Shown: positions 1 to 10,936 of the stretch, in pieces
Position numbering within the stretch: the stretch's first letter is position 1
How the letters are laid out: every line of letters starts with the position of its first letter
Assembly (NCBI GenBank): GCA_043810245.1
Contig: JBDROI010000122.1
Coordinates: forward strand, 1-30,196
From: Candidatus Micrarchaeota archaeon
GTDB lineage: Archaea > Micrarchaeota > Micrarchaeia > Burarchaeales > JBDROI01
DNA: 30,196 nucleotides
Direction: 5' to 3'
Notes under the pieces: generated by a model
The model's input: only the letters and a program-made list of their open reading frames with translations
Told to the model about the DNA's origin: nothing
The model's database searches: none
Program-made: the position numbers and the translations under genes

Positions 1-1809
<1,809 letters not shown>

Positions 1810-1817
1810 GGTAGGCT

Positions 1818-4565
1818 ATGGCTAAAGAAGAAAAAGGAAAAGGTGCGAAGAAAGGCGAGGAAGCGAAGAAACAGCCGAAGGCTTCGGAAGAGCCGAAGGA
1901 GAAGCCTGCATCCGTAGCGAAGGCGCCAGAACCTAAGAAACTGCCTACTCCGCAAGCGGCGCAGCCTCCTGCTCAACCAGCTGAAGCGCAAGCGCCTCCA
2001 GCCGTGCAAGCTCCGTCTACTCCTCAGGCAAAAGAGCAGAAGGAAGCGAGACCTATTCAAACTACTACTAATGGAATTCGCCCGCGCTACATTGAAGACG
2101 AGATGAAGGATTCCTATTTGGACTACGCGATGAGCGTAATCGTGGGAAGAGCGCTTCCGGATGTCCGCGACGGATTGAAACCCGTGCACAGAAGAGTTCT
2201 TTACGCAATGAGCGAGCTTGGGAATACGTCGGACAAAGCATACAAAAAATCCGCGCGTGTTGTCGGAGAAGTTTTGGGTAAATACCACCCGCACGGAGAC
2301 ACTGCAGTTTACGATACGCTTGTTAGAATGGCGCAGAATTTCTCGCTCCGCTACCCGTTGATTGACGGGCAGGGAAACTTCGGCTCAATTGACGGGGACA
2401 ACGCTGCAGCTATGCGCTATACTGAAGTGAGAATGGATAAAATTGCAGAGGAAATGCTTGCTGATATTGAGAAGAAAACTGTTGACTTTGTTCCTAACTT
2501 TGACGGCTCACTTCAGGAGCCGAGCGTGCTTCCGGCGCGTATTCCGAATCTGCTCATCAACGGCTCTTCTGGAATTGCTGTTGGAATGGCAACGAATGTT
2601 CCGCCCCACAATTTGAGCGAAATTGTTGACGGCTTGATAATGGAGATTGACAACCCCAACACCCCGCTCATTGAACTAATGAAAGCAGTTAAGGGGCCAG
2701 ACTTCCCAACGGGCGGGTATATCTGCGGAATGAAGGGAATTCTTGACGCTTACTCAACTGGGCGCGGAATAGTGAAAATGCGCGCGAAAGTGGCTTCGGA
2801 AAAAAGCGCAAAGGGGAGGGAGCGCATCATAGTAAACGAGCTTCCCTACCAGGTGAACAAAGCCGAGCTTGTGAAGCTGATTGCAGAACTCGTGAAGGAG
2901 AAGAAGGTTGAGGGAATTTCGGATTTGCGCGATGAATCGGATCGAGATGGAATGCGCATAGTTATTGAGCTTAAGAAAGATTTTACTCCGGACGTTGTGC
3001 TTAACCAGCTCTATAAGCACACGCCTCTTGAAACTACGTTTGGAGTAATCAACCTGGCGCTCGTGAACAAAGAGCCTGAAGTTCTAACGCTCAAAGAAAT
3101 TCTTGACGAGTTCGTAAAATACCGCAAGGAAATCGTTACGCGAAGGTGCAAGTGCGATTTGGAGATCGCAGAGGATAGGGCGCACATTGTCGCGGGTTTG
3201 ATGATTGCGCAGAATGATATTGATGAAGTTGTGAAAACTGTTAGAAAGGCGCAGACTCCAGTGATTGCAAAAGAACTGCTCATGAAGCTGTTGAAGCTGA
3301 GCGAGAAGCAGGCTCTTGCAATTTTGGATATGAAGCTCCAGAAGTTGACGGGCTTGGAGCGCGAGAAGCTCGAGGAAGAGAGAAAGGAGCTTGAGAAAAC
3401 GATTGAGGGGCTCAATGAGATTCTTGGAAGCGAGCCCAAACTGTTCGAAGTAATAAAGAAGGAGCTTCTTGAAGTGAAAGAGAAATACGGAGATGAACGC
3501 AGAACGCAGTTCATTGAAGACGTAGGAGATTTGGATACTGAAGACTTGATTAAGGAAGAAACTGTTGTTGTTACTGTTTCGCGCGGAGGCTATGTTAAGA
3601 GAACTCCGCTTGGAGTTTACCGCGAGCAGAGAAGAGGCGGGCGCGGAGTAATTGGAACGGATATTAAGGAAGAAGACTTCATAAAAGACGTTCTCGTTTG
3701 CTCAACGCACGACTACCTGCTCTGCTTCACGGACAAGGGAAGAATTCACTGGCTTAAAGTTTACAGAATACCGGTTGCAGACCGCTATGCTCTTGGAAAA
3801 GCAATTGTAAACCTTCTCGAGCTTCAGCAGGATGAAAAGCTCGCGGCGCTCATTCCGCTCTCGGAATTCAAGGAAACAGAGTATTTGATTATGGCAACTG
3901 AACAGGGAGTAATTAAGAGAAGCAAGCTCTTGGATTACAGCCACCCGAGAAGAGGAGGCATCATTGCAATTACGCTCCGCGAAAATGATAGGCTCATTGA
4001 AGTAAAAAGAACGAGCGGAAAGCAGGATGTAATATTCGCGAGCAAAAACGGAATGGGAATAAGATTCCATGAAGATGGAGTTAGAAGCATTGGAAGAACA
4101 GCGCAGGGAGTGCGCGGAATAAGATTGAGAAAAGGGGATGCAGTAGTTGCAATGGCAGTTGCGGAATTTGGGGAAACGATTCTCACAATTACTGAAAACG
4201 GATATGGAAAGAGAACCATGCTTGAAGACTACCGCGTGCAGGGAAGAGGAGGCATGGGGGTAATCAACATAAAGACGAGCGAGAGAAACGGAAAGGTCGT
4301 ATGCGTGCGCTCTGTCCGCGACGACGACGGAATTATTGTGATCAACAGCGCGGGCGTAATTATTCGCGTGCCAGTTATAGGGATTTCCGTAATAGGAAGA
4401 AACACGCAGGGAGTGCGCATAATGAAGCTCGAGGAAAAACAGAAAGTCGTTGCAGTTGCGCGCGTGGCAAAGGAAGATATGGAAAGCGAGGGCGAAGTTC
4501 CAGCTGAAGGAGCGGAAGAAGCAGGCAAAACTGGAGCTGAAACAGAAACACAGCCTAAAAATTAG
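1818..4565 (+). CDS. gyrA: DNA gyrase subunit A with ~85-aa low-complexity N-terminal extension and acidic C-tail
   Basis: [21 protein letters not shown], catalytic AAMRYTE, GyrA-box QRRGGRG and C-terminal beta-pinwheel repeats. Lies directly downstream of gyrB (8-nt gap, GAGGT SD-like sequence). Confidence 0.98.
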   Translation: MAKEEKGKGAKKGEEAKKQPKASEEPKEKPASVAKAPEPKKLPTPQAAQPPAQPAEAQAPPAVQAPSTPQAKEQKEARPIQTTTNGIRPRYIEDEMKDSYLDYAMSVIVGRALPDVRDGLKPVHRRVLYAMSELGNTSDKAYKKSARVVGEVLGKYHPHGDTAVYDTLVRMAQNFSLRYPLIDGQGNFGSIDGDNAAAMRYTEVRMDKIAEEMLADIEKKTVDFVPNFDGSLQEPSVLPARIPNLLINGSSGIAVGMATNVPPHNLSEIVDGLIMEIDNPNTPLIELMKAVKGPDFPTGGYICGMKGILDAYSTGRGIVKMRAKVASEKSAKGRERIIVNELPYQVNKAELVKLIAELVKEKKVEGISDLRDESDRDGMRIVIELKKDFTPDVVLNQLYKHTPLETTFGVINLALVNKEPEVLTLKEILDEFVKYRKEIVTRRCKCDLEIAEDRAHIVAGLMIAQNDIDEVVKTVRKAQTPVIAKELLMKLLKLSEKQALAILDMKLQKLTGLEREKLEEERKELEKTIEGLNEILGSEPKLFEVIKKELLEVKEKYGDERRTQFIEDVGDLDTEDLIKEETVVVTVSRGGYVKRTPLGVYREQRRGGRGVIGTDIKEEDFIKDVLVCSTHDYLLCFTDKGRIHWLKVYRIPVADRYALGKAIVNLLELQQDEKLAALIPLSEFKETEYLIMATEQGVIKRSKLLDYSHPRRGGIIAITLRENDRLIEVKRTSGKQDVIFASKNGMGIRFHEDGVRSIGRTAQGVRGIRLRKGDAVVAMAVAEFGETILTITENGYGKRTMLEDYRVQGRGGMGVINIKTSERNGKVVCVRSVRDDDGIIVINSAGVIIRVPVIGISVIGRNTQGVRIMKLEEKQKVVAVARVAKEDMESEGEVPAEGAEEAGKTGAETETQPKN

Positions 4566-4638
4566 TTCGATTTTCGAATCAAAAAGCTTTTATTCTACTT
4601 CTAGATAGAAAACTAGTTCTCACAACGAGGGGGATTAA

Positions 4639-5328
4639 ATGGCGGATGAAACTATAACTGGAATGAGTTATGAAAGCACATTGGAACTTGCAGAAAGCAA
4701 AGACAATGGAAATAGATGGAGAGCAGCGCGCGCTCTTGCGAGATTTCCGAGCGAAAAGAAAACGCTGAGCACGCTGAAGAGGCTTATCTGCGACAGTGCG
4801 CATGATGTTTCAGCTTCTGCTCAGGACACGCTTTTGAATCTTGCAGCTGGAAACAGCACTACGAAAGCAAACCCGAGTGCGATACTTATAGTTTATGAAA
4901 TTTCTCAGGAGTACGCAAAGGGCTGTGAGGCTAGCGCGCTGGACGAAAACTGCGTGGAACATGAGAGACTGCTGGGAGAAAGCTATGAGATGCACACGAA
5001 GCTAATAGGAACGATCAATGCGTTTGAGAGAGAAATGAGCGCAAAGGGAAGAAGCATAAGCGCAGAGATTGCGAACTGCCTAAACATAGTAAAAGAATCG
5101 TTTGCTGAGCTTAAAGCAGAAATGGAAGTGAGCGCAAAAGTAGAGAAGCAGAATGAGATTACGAGCATCATGAAACACGATGGAATATTCGAGAAGGTTA
5201 TGCAAAACCCTGACAAGATTCCGCTTAGTGAGCTTAGAGACTTTAAGATGATTCTGGTCGGGATGCAGGGCAGAATAGAGGCGGGCAAACCTTCAGGCGG
5301 AGCAACCCAAGTGAAAGCTAAAGTTTAG
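4639..5328 (+). CDS. Hypothetical protein, N-terminal HEAT/PBS-lyase-like repeat plus helical C-terminal region
   Basis: 229-aa ORF with GAGGGG SD. RWRAARALARF...TLKRLICDSAHDVSASAQDTL fits a HEAT-repeat pattern. Confidence 0.7.
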   Translation: MADETITGMSYESTLELAESKDNGNRWRAARALARFPSEKKTLSTLKRLICDSAHDVSASAQDTLLNLAAGNSTTKANPSAILIVYEISQEYAKGCEASALDENCVEHERLLGESYEMHTKLIGTINAFEREMSAKGRSISAEIANCLNIVKESFAELKAEMEVSAKVEKQNEITSIMKHDGIFEKVMQNPDKIPLSELRDFKMILVGMQGRIEAGKPSGGATQVKAKV

Positions 5329-5436
5329 CTTTCTTTTCTCTTTTTTTCTTTTATTTTTCTTCTTTTTTTGTTTTCTCTTTCTTCTCTTTTTTTTGTTTTT
5401 TATTTTTTTCTTTCCTTTTTTGCTCCTTTTTTCTCT
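5329..5436 (+). terminator. ~110-nt polypyrimidine (T-rich) low-complexity tract between convergent genes; probable terminator region
   Basis: Almost only T/C on the + strand immediately after the stop of 4639..5328. Archaeal termination uses U-tracts. Confidence 0.55.
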
Positions 5437-5450
5437 CGCATCTTTTCGCT

Positions 5451-6854
5451 CTACTTCTTTCTTATTTTCACTCCGTCTTTGGAGTCTTGAAGCTCATAGC
5501 CTAGCTCTGCGAGCTTTGCGCGCATCTCGTCCGCGCGCTTCCAGTCTTTGCTCTTGCGCGCGTCTTCGCGCTCTTCTGCGAGCTTTGAGATGTTCTCTGG
5601 AATCTCCTCTTTTTTCTTGAAGAATAAGCCGATGGAGCCTGCGAGCTCCTCAAAAGTAGAAAGAGCCTGCTGAAGCGAAAGACTGCTTGCCTGCGCGCCT
5701 AGCGCGGAATGCTTATTCAGCTCGCTTGCGAACTCAAAGAGCGCGGCGAGGGCAAAGGGAGAATTGAAGTCGTCGTCCATTGAGTCTATGAATTTCTGCT
5801 TGAGTTCCTCTGCGCGCTTCTCAAGGTTAGCTTCTTTTCCGCCTTTTGCTCTGTTTAATGCTTCGCGCGCAAGAAGCACCGAAGTTGAGAGCGTTTCAAA
5901 GTTCTTCTGCGCCTGCTCAAGAAGCGCAGGTTCAAAGTCTATGGGCCCGCTGTACTGCGTGTTTAAAACGAGCATGCGCACCGCTTGGGCAGAGTGGTTC
6001 TTTAGAATATCGCGAATGGTGAGAAAATTGCCGAGCGATTTTGACATCTTCTCCTTGTTGATGTTTATGAAGCCGTTGTGAATCCAGAAGCGCGCAAACT
6101 GCTTTCCGCTTCTTGCTTCGCTCTGCGCAATTTCATTTTCGTGGTGCGGGAAGATTAAGTCTTTGCCGCCTCCGTGAATGTCAATAGTAGCAACTCCCAA
6201 AAAGCATTCCTTGCACATTGTTGAGCACTCAATGTGCCAGCCAGGTCTTCCGCGGCCCCAGGGGCTTTCCCACGAAGGCTCGCCTTCTTTTGCAGATTTC
6301 CAGAGCGCGAAGTCAAGCGGATTCTTCTTTTTTTCTCCAACTGCTACGCGCGCCCCTGATTGAAGCTGTTCAATCGGTTGCCCGGAAAGCTTTCCATATT
6401 CCTTGAATTTTTCAACTTCAAAGTAAACGTCGCCATCGGCTTCGTATGCAAAACCTTTTTTCACGAGCTCTTCTATGAATTTCACCATCTGCGGAATGTA
6501 TTCGGTTGCGCGGGGCCATCCTTGCGGGTATTCGAGAGCTTTCTTGGCGCCAAGAGCGCGCATGTCTTCCAAGTATGCCTGCGTGAACCGCTCTGCAATT
6601 TCCTTCTCGGTTTTCTTTTCCTCGCGGGCGCGCTTTATGATTTTGTCATCTACGTCGGTGAGGTTGTGAACAAATCGGACGCGGAATCCGCGGAAAGTCA
6701 AATAGCGGTAGATGATGTCGAAAACGAGCTCGGAGCGAGCATGCCCAAGGTGCGCGTAGTCGTAGACAGTAGGGCCGCAGGCGTACATCGTGAGCTCGTT
6801 TCCTTCTGTTATGAGCTCGTCCTTCCTCTTTGTGAGCGTATTGTAGAGCTTCAT
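5451..6854 (-). CDS. cysS: Cysteinyl-tRNA synthetase (class I)
   Basis: MKLYNTLT start, CGPTVYDYAHLGHAR (HIGH), GRPGWHIECS, DIHGGGKDLIFPHHENE and KMSKSLGN. Confidence 0.98.
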   Translation of the reverse strand: MKLYNTLTKRKDELITEGNELTMYACGPTVYDYAHLGHARSELVFDIIYRYLTFRGFRVRFVHNLTDVDDKIIKRAREEKKTEKEIAERFTQAYLEDMRALGAKKALEYPQGWPRATEYIPQMVKFIEELVKKGFAYEADGDVYFEVEKFKEYGKLSGQPIEQLQSGARVAVGEKKKNPLDFALWKSAKEGEPSWESPWGRGRPGWHIECSTMCKECFLGVATIDIHGGGKDLIFPHHENEIAQSEARSGKQFARFWIHNGFININKEKMSKSLGNFLTIRDILKNHSAQAVRMLVLNTQYSGPIDFEPALLEQAQKNFETLSTSVLLAREALNRAKGGKEANLEKRAEELKQKFIDSMDDDFNSPFALAALFEFASELNKHSALGAQASSLSLQQALSTFEELAGSIGLFFKKKEEIPENISKLAEEREDARKSKDWKRADEMRAKLAELGYELQDSKDGVKIRKK

Positions 6855-6906
6855 GAGTTAGAATTAGGAAGAAAATATTAATAAGCAGACGCGCGAAAAG
6901 AAACTC

Positions 6907-7332
6907 ATGAAAAAATGCGCGCGAGGGCAGATCAGCGTTGAAGTGATGGTAATTTTGGGGTTCGCGATAGTCTTCTTAATTCCAGTTGTTTTCGTGGCGT
7001 ATTCTCAGAGCAACTCTTTCAACGAACAGCTTGCAATTACGCAGGCAGAAGCGTCTGCAAAAAGAATTGCCGAAGCAGTCAACTCCGTGGGCGCCATGGG
7101 TGCAGGAGGAATTTCAACTGTTGATATAATTGTGCCCCCTGAAACCGAAAGCATACTTATTACAGGGCGCGAAGTTGTTTTCAAGGTTAGAAGCAGGGGC
7201 GAAATTACAGAGGTAGTCAAGACTACGGATTATAAGATGATTGGCACGCTCGCAGCGCTTTCTTCTGGTGCAACTCACTCAATTAGAGTAACTGCACTCG
7301 CGGACAGCGTTAACGTTGAGAAAGCCAACTGA
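6907..7332 (+). CDS. Class III signal-peptide (archaeal type IV pilin-like) protein
   Basis: MKKCARGQ|ISVEVMVILGFAIVFL: basic residues, G|Q cleavage site, E at +5 and a hydrophobic helix, matching prepilin peptidase (PibD/FlaK/EppA-type) substrates. Confidence 0.85.
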   Translation: MKKCARGQISVEVMVILGFAIVFLIPVVFVAYSQSNSFNEQLAITQAEASAKRIAEAVNSVGAMGAGGISTVDIIVPPETESILITGREVVFKVRSRGEITEVVKTTDYKMIGTLAALSSGATHSIRVTALADSVNVEKAN

Positions 7333-7333
7333 T

Positions 7334-8416
7334 TTAGCGCTTCTTGTGCATCTTATTCGGCTTCTCTTTCTGCATGAGCTTTTGAATGTCTTTGAGCGTC
7401 TGCCAGATTACACCTTCAAGCTCCCAGCCAAATGCGCGCGCTGAAACCAGTTTGTCGCTCATGAGGCGCGCGCGTATTGAGTATTTGTGCTTGTACTTTT
7501 TCACATGAAGCGATAGGTATTGAACAGTAAAGCTCTTCTTCAGCTTTTCCATCATTCGTGCAGCCAAGTTCTCAATGTCCGGAGTGTATTCCTTGTCTTC
7601 CGGAGCGAGCCCGCTTATGAAAATCGCAGGCTTGTCTGAGACTAAAACGGATTCGAAAATATCACGCGCTGAAAGCAGGCCGAGGGGCATGTTTACTTCA
7701 TCTTCGCTTCCAACTACCACGAGAGAGGAGATGTCGTTTTCCGCCATTACGCGCGCTGCTTTTGAAATGGGCGCAGTCTGAAGGATTGTTTCTATGTCCG
7801 AGCGCATGAACGAACGAACAGGCTGGCTGCTGATTCCGCTTTTTTCGCGTGCGAGCGGAAGCTTCTCTTTTGGGGAGCTCAGACCGATTGCCAGATCATA
7901 GGTGCTTATTACGCCCGCGAGCTTGCCCAGCTCGTTGGTAACCACTAACCTGCGAACGTTGTGGTCGTGCATCTTCGATCTTGCCTGTGCAATCGAGGCG
8001 GTTTCCAGAATTTCGGCTACAGGGGAGCTCATGAGCTCGCTCACGCGCTTCTTTGGAATTGCGTTTGAGTCGAGAAGCAGCTCAAGAACATCGGCGCGCG
8101 TAACTATTCCAAGAACCTTCTTTTTATCCATGAGCGGAAGCGCTTTGAAGCGTCCGGTGAAGAATAATCTGCAGACATCCGCCAAGCTGGAAGCAGAAGA
8201 AATTACTGGAGCGCGCTCGGCAACGGTTTCCACCTTTGCTGAATGCTGCGGCTGCGAGAGCTGACGTATGCTTCTGTCGTCGATTAAGCCTGCGTATTCT
8301 TTGTCTTTTAATACTACGACGCACGTTTTCACGCGCCCAAGCTCGCTGATTGCTTTTGAGAGCGGTTCGTTTGCATCAATTAATACTGCTTCCTTCATTT
8401 TGCTGAATTCCACCAT
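7334..8416 (-). CDS. Tandem CBS-domain protein (4 CBS) with C-terminal HPF/RaiA-like domain; candidate ribosome hibernation factor
   Basis: Repeated CBS motifs (LPLMDKKKVLGIVTRADVL, RRLVVTNELGKLAGVISTYDL, LGLLSARDI). The C-terminal ~95 aa follow an HPF-like beta-alpha-beta-beta-beta-alpha pattern. Start moved to ATG 8416 because of the GGAGGTG SD just upstream. Confidence 0.85.
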   Translation of the reverse strand: MVEFSKMKEAVLIDANEPLSKAISELGRVKTCVVVLKDKEYAGLIDDRSIRQLSQPQHSAKVETVAERAPVISSASSLADVCRLFFTGRFKALPLMDKKKVLGIVTRADVLELLLDSNAIPKKRVSELMSSPVAEILETASIAQARSKMHDHNVRRLVVTNELGKLAGVISTYDLAIGLSSPKEKLPLAREKSGISSQPVRSFMRSDIETILQTAPISKAARVMAENDISSLVVVGSEDEVNMPLGLLSARDIFESVLVSDKPAIFISGLAPEDKEYTPDIENLAARMMEKLKKSFTVQYLSLHVKKYKHKYSIRARLMSDKLVSARAFGWELEGVIWQTLKDIQKLMQKEKPNKMHKKR

Positions 8417-8455
8417 GGTCGCCACCTCCCTGTTTGGAAATTGATTCACGCAGGT

Positions 8456-9190
8456 TTATGCAAGCAGTGTATACTTGCTTATGAAAATCTGCGTCTGAAG
8501 AACTACTAGGAATGGAAGCAGAAATACTGCGTTGAGGAACAACAGAATATCTGTTGCGAGATTGTGCGGTGCGATTGCATAGATTATGAGCTGGAGAAGG
8601 GCAAGCACGGCTATTGCAATCAGGCACCAGAAAACAAAATAAAGCGCCTTCTTCGCAACGAGCTGGAGGCTTGTTTGAATCGCACGCACAGGTCTTCGTT
8701 CGTCAATTACAATCGCCGCGGGCGCATAGAAAACTGCGAGCGAAATGATGAATGCCGCAAGTGGTGTGAGTATGCGCTCCAATCCGTATTCAAACGAAAT
8801 GATGCTGACTATCACTGAAAGCAGGAACGCGGAAAGCAGAAGCCAGAAAATGCTGAACGTATATTTTTCTATTCCCGCGAGCACTTCGCTCGAGAGCCTT
8901 GCTCCGCTTCTCTGCGTCTTGATTACCAGATTGACTGCAACGTAGCCAAATGAGGAGAGAATGAGCGAAACGATGTAGGAGAGCACGATGAGCACAATGT
9001 CTGCAACGCCCATCTCGGGAATACTGCCCGTTCTTAAGAAAACAGCTCCGTTCGCAACGAAAGTAGGCATTGGCGAAAAGCGGTGAATTATGACTGCAAG
9101 AAAGAATGAAATAGAGAAAAACGCGAGAATTGCGAGGTTTTTGAAGTATGATTCGGCTGAATGCTTCAGAATTTCAATGAAATCGTCCAT
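8456..9190 (-). CDS. Hypothetical integral membrane protein (about 5-6 TM helices)
   Basis: 244-aa ORF with several long hydrophobic segments and an AGGGG SD upstream. Confidence 0.75.
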   Translation of the reverse strand: MDDFIEILKHSAESYFKNLAILAFFSISFFLAVIIHRFSPMPTFVANGAVFLRTGSIPEMGVADIVLIVLSYIVSLILSSFGYVAVNLVIKTQRSGARLSSEVLAGIEKYTFSIFWLLLSAFLLSVIVSIISFEYGLERILTPLAAFIISLAVFYAPAAIVIDERRPVRAIQTSLQLVAKKALYFVFWCLIAIAVLALLQLIIYAIAPHNLATDILLFLNAVFLLPFLVVLQTQIFISKYTLLA

Positions 9191-9243
9191 AGTGATGCCC
9201 CCTTTCCCGCGTTTCTTTTCTCGGGCTACCTATTTAATATTTG

Positions 9244-10842
9244 CTAGTCTTTCTCGCTCCTGCCAATGTTGAAGATGTCCCACTTCAGCTCCTTTTTCTT
9301 TTCGAGTTCGCTTCCAATCTGTTCAAGAAGCGAAGCTTTTATTCTCGAGTATTTCTCCGGAGCAAGCTGTGCGTTGCCTATTGCGTAGCGCTTGGCTTTT
9401 GTGTTGAAGCAGAAGAGCGCCTCGCTGAGTGCTTCGCAGTTGAAGCAGAAGAGCGAATCCGAGCATTTTGTTGAGCTATCAACCTCGAAGCACCTCATCA
9501 GGTTGAGCGAATCGTAGCAGTTTATGCAGAACTGGGAGTTGAGCAGCCCGTGGGTGCCGAAAAGATATTTGGAGCTGGCTATTGCCGAGCTGATTGCCAC
9601 ATATTCACAGGGCGTATGAGTGCTTGCAATCGCGTAGCCCTTGTAAACATTCGCGGCGTTGAATGTTCTCGGGCTTTTCACTAGGTTGATAGCGATGCCT
9701 CCGCGCGACGCCATTGTGAAATATCCAATTTTAGGCAGAGCACTCGTTATTTTTTCAAGCGAAGTGATTTCATCTTCATTTAGGTGCACTATTTTTCCAA
9801 GCTCCATTCCTTCTGGGTAGGAAATCGCGCGCTTTTCCGGAATTCGCGTGTAGAACCGAGATTCTCTTGCGCCCCTTGAAACAAATGTTGCAGCTCCGAA
9901 TGGGGAGGCTATTTCTTTCAGCGAGATAATGTGCTTTGAAAGCCAGTTTTCGTATTTCGTTATGTCGTTCAGTTCTTTTTTGAGAATGATTTTGCACGTA
10001 GAAGAAAACGCCTTGTCTATGGGCTTAAGCTGGCCTTCTGCTGGAGGAGAAACATGGAGGTCTATATCGTTGGGCTTGGTGTTTGGAACGAATTCGAGAA
10101 TGGAAGGAAACTTCTTCGAGCGCTTCAGCTCCTCCTTAATTTCGCCCAGCAGTTTGGTTTTGAGAGCGAGATATTTTTCTTTTGGCAGTTTGAGGTTGCC
10201 TATGCAGTATGAATTGGCTCTTTGATTAAAGGAGAACATCATGTTGCTGGAGTTGTAGCAGTGGTGCGAGAAGTAGACATCACTGCAGTCTCCTGCGCCG
10301 GATGTTTCAAAGCATCGTTTTAAGCTCGAAGTGCCTACGCACCTTAGAAGGAACTCGCCCCCAATGCCTCTTCCGCACCCAAAGAGGTATCTGCTATTTG
10401 ACTTCACGGAGTGGCACGCGAAGATGTACGAGGCTTGCTGAATATCAACTGAGTTCATCACGTACTGCGAATCCTGTACGCTGTCGGATAATTCCACGAA
10501 GCTGGAGTTTCCAAGAGCCTTGTTTCCGGCGTACTCCCATTTGTCCGAGATTGCCTCGAGCAGAGAGTCCATGTCTTTTATTTCGTTCACGCTGAGAGCT
10601 TCTGCTTTTATTGATGTGTCTTTTATTTCGTCTGCTGAAATGAAGTTTGCAGATTGAGGGTAGTCGTCAACGCTAAAACGCACCTCTTTTCCAGAAACGC
10701 GCGATTTTCTTTTGCCGACAGCTGGGAGATATTCGTTAAGCCATTCTTCGTATTCGCTAAGCTCCCCAATTTCTTCTTCAAATAGAATGCGGCAGGTGCT
10801 TTTCCAAGCTTTGTTGAGGGCTGAGTAAACCGGAGAAGCCAT
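9244..10842 (-). CDS. Hypothetical Cys/Ser-rich protein made of two ~265-aa internal repeats
   Basis: 532-aa ORF. Halves align by eye: KAWKSTCRILFEEEIGELSEYEEWL vs KAFSSTCKIILKKELNDITKYENWL, and SYCIGNLKLPKEKY vs RYAIGNAQLAPEKY. Confidence 0.8.
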   Translation of the reverse strand: MASPVYSALNKAWKSTCRILFEEEIGELSEYEEWLNEYLPAVGKRKSRVSGKEVRFSVDDYPQSANFISADEIKDTSIKAEALSVNEIKDMDSLLEAISDKWEYAGNKALGNSSFVELSDSVQDSQYVMNSVDIQQASYIFACHSVKSNSRYLFGCGRGIGGEFLLRCVGTSSLKRCFETSGAGDCSDVYFSHHCYNSSNMMFSFNQRANSYCIGNLKLPKEKYLALKTKLLGEIKEELKRSKKFPSILEFVPNTKPNDIDLHVSPPAEGQLKPIDKAFSSTCKIILKKELNDITKYENWLSKHIISLKEIASPFGAATFVSRGARESRFYTRIPEKRAISYPEGMELGKIVHLNEDEITSLEKITSALPKIGYFTMASRGGIAINLVKSPRTFNAANVYKGYAIASTHTPCEYVAISSAIASSKYLFGTHGLLNSQFCINCYDSLNLMRCFEVDSSTKCSDSLFCFNCEALSEALFCFNTKAKRYAIGNAQLAPEKYSRIKASLLEQIGSELEKKKELKWDIFNIGRSEKD

Positions 10843-10936
10843 GAGAGTTATTTGGAGCTAGGTTATTATAATTAGTGCCCGCGCGCTGGGCGTTCGTTAA
10901 GAGATAATATCTCCAATCAGCGAAGTGGTTGTTGCC

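Noticed and set aside
2290-2320. GyrA Thr at the E. coli Ser83 position ([11 protein letters not shown]) as a quinolone-resistance mutation
   Set aside because: Thr is the wild-type residue at this position in several quinolone-susceptible bacteria, so it is not informative.
5329-5441. Lys/Arg-rich peptide encoded on the minus strand after cysS
   Set aside because: ATG 5441 gives only 13 codons before TAA. The Lys-richness is a by-product of the poly-T tract.
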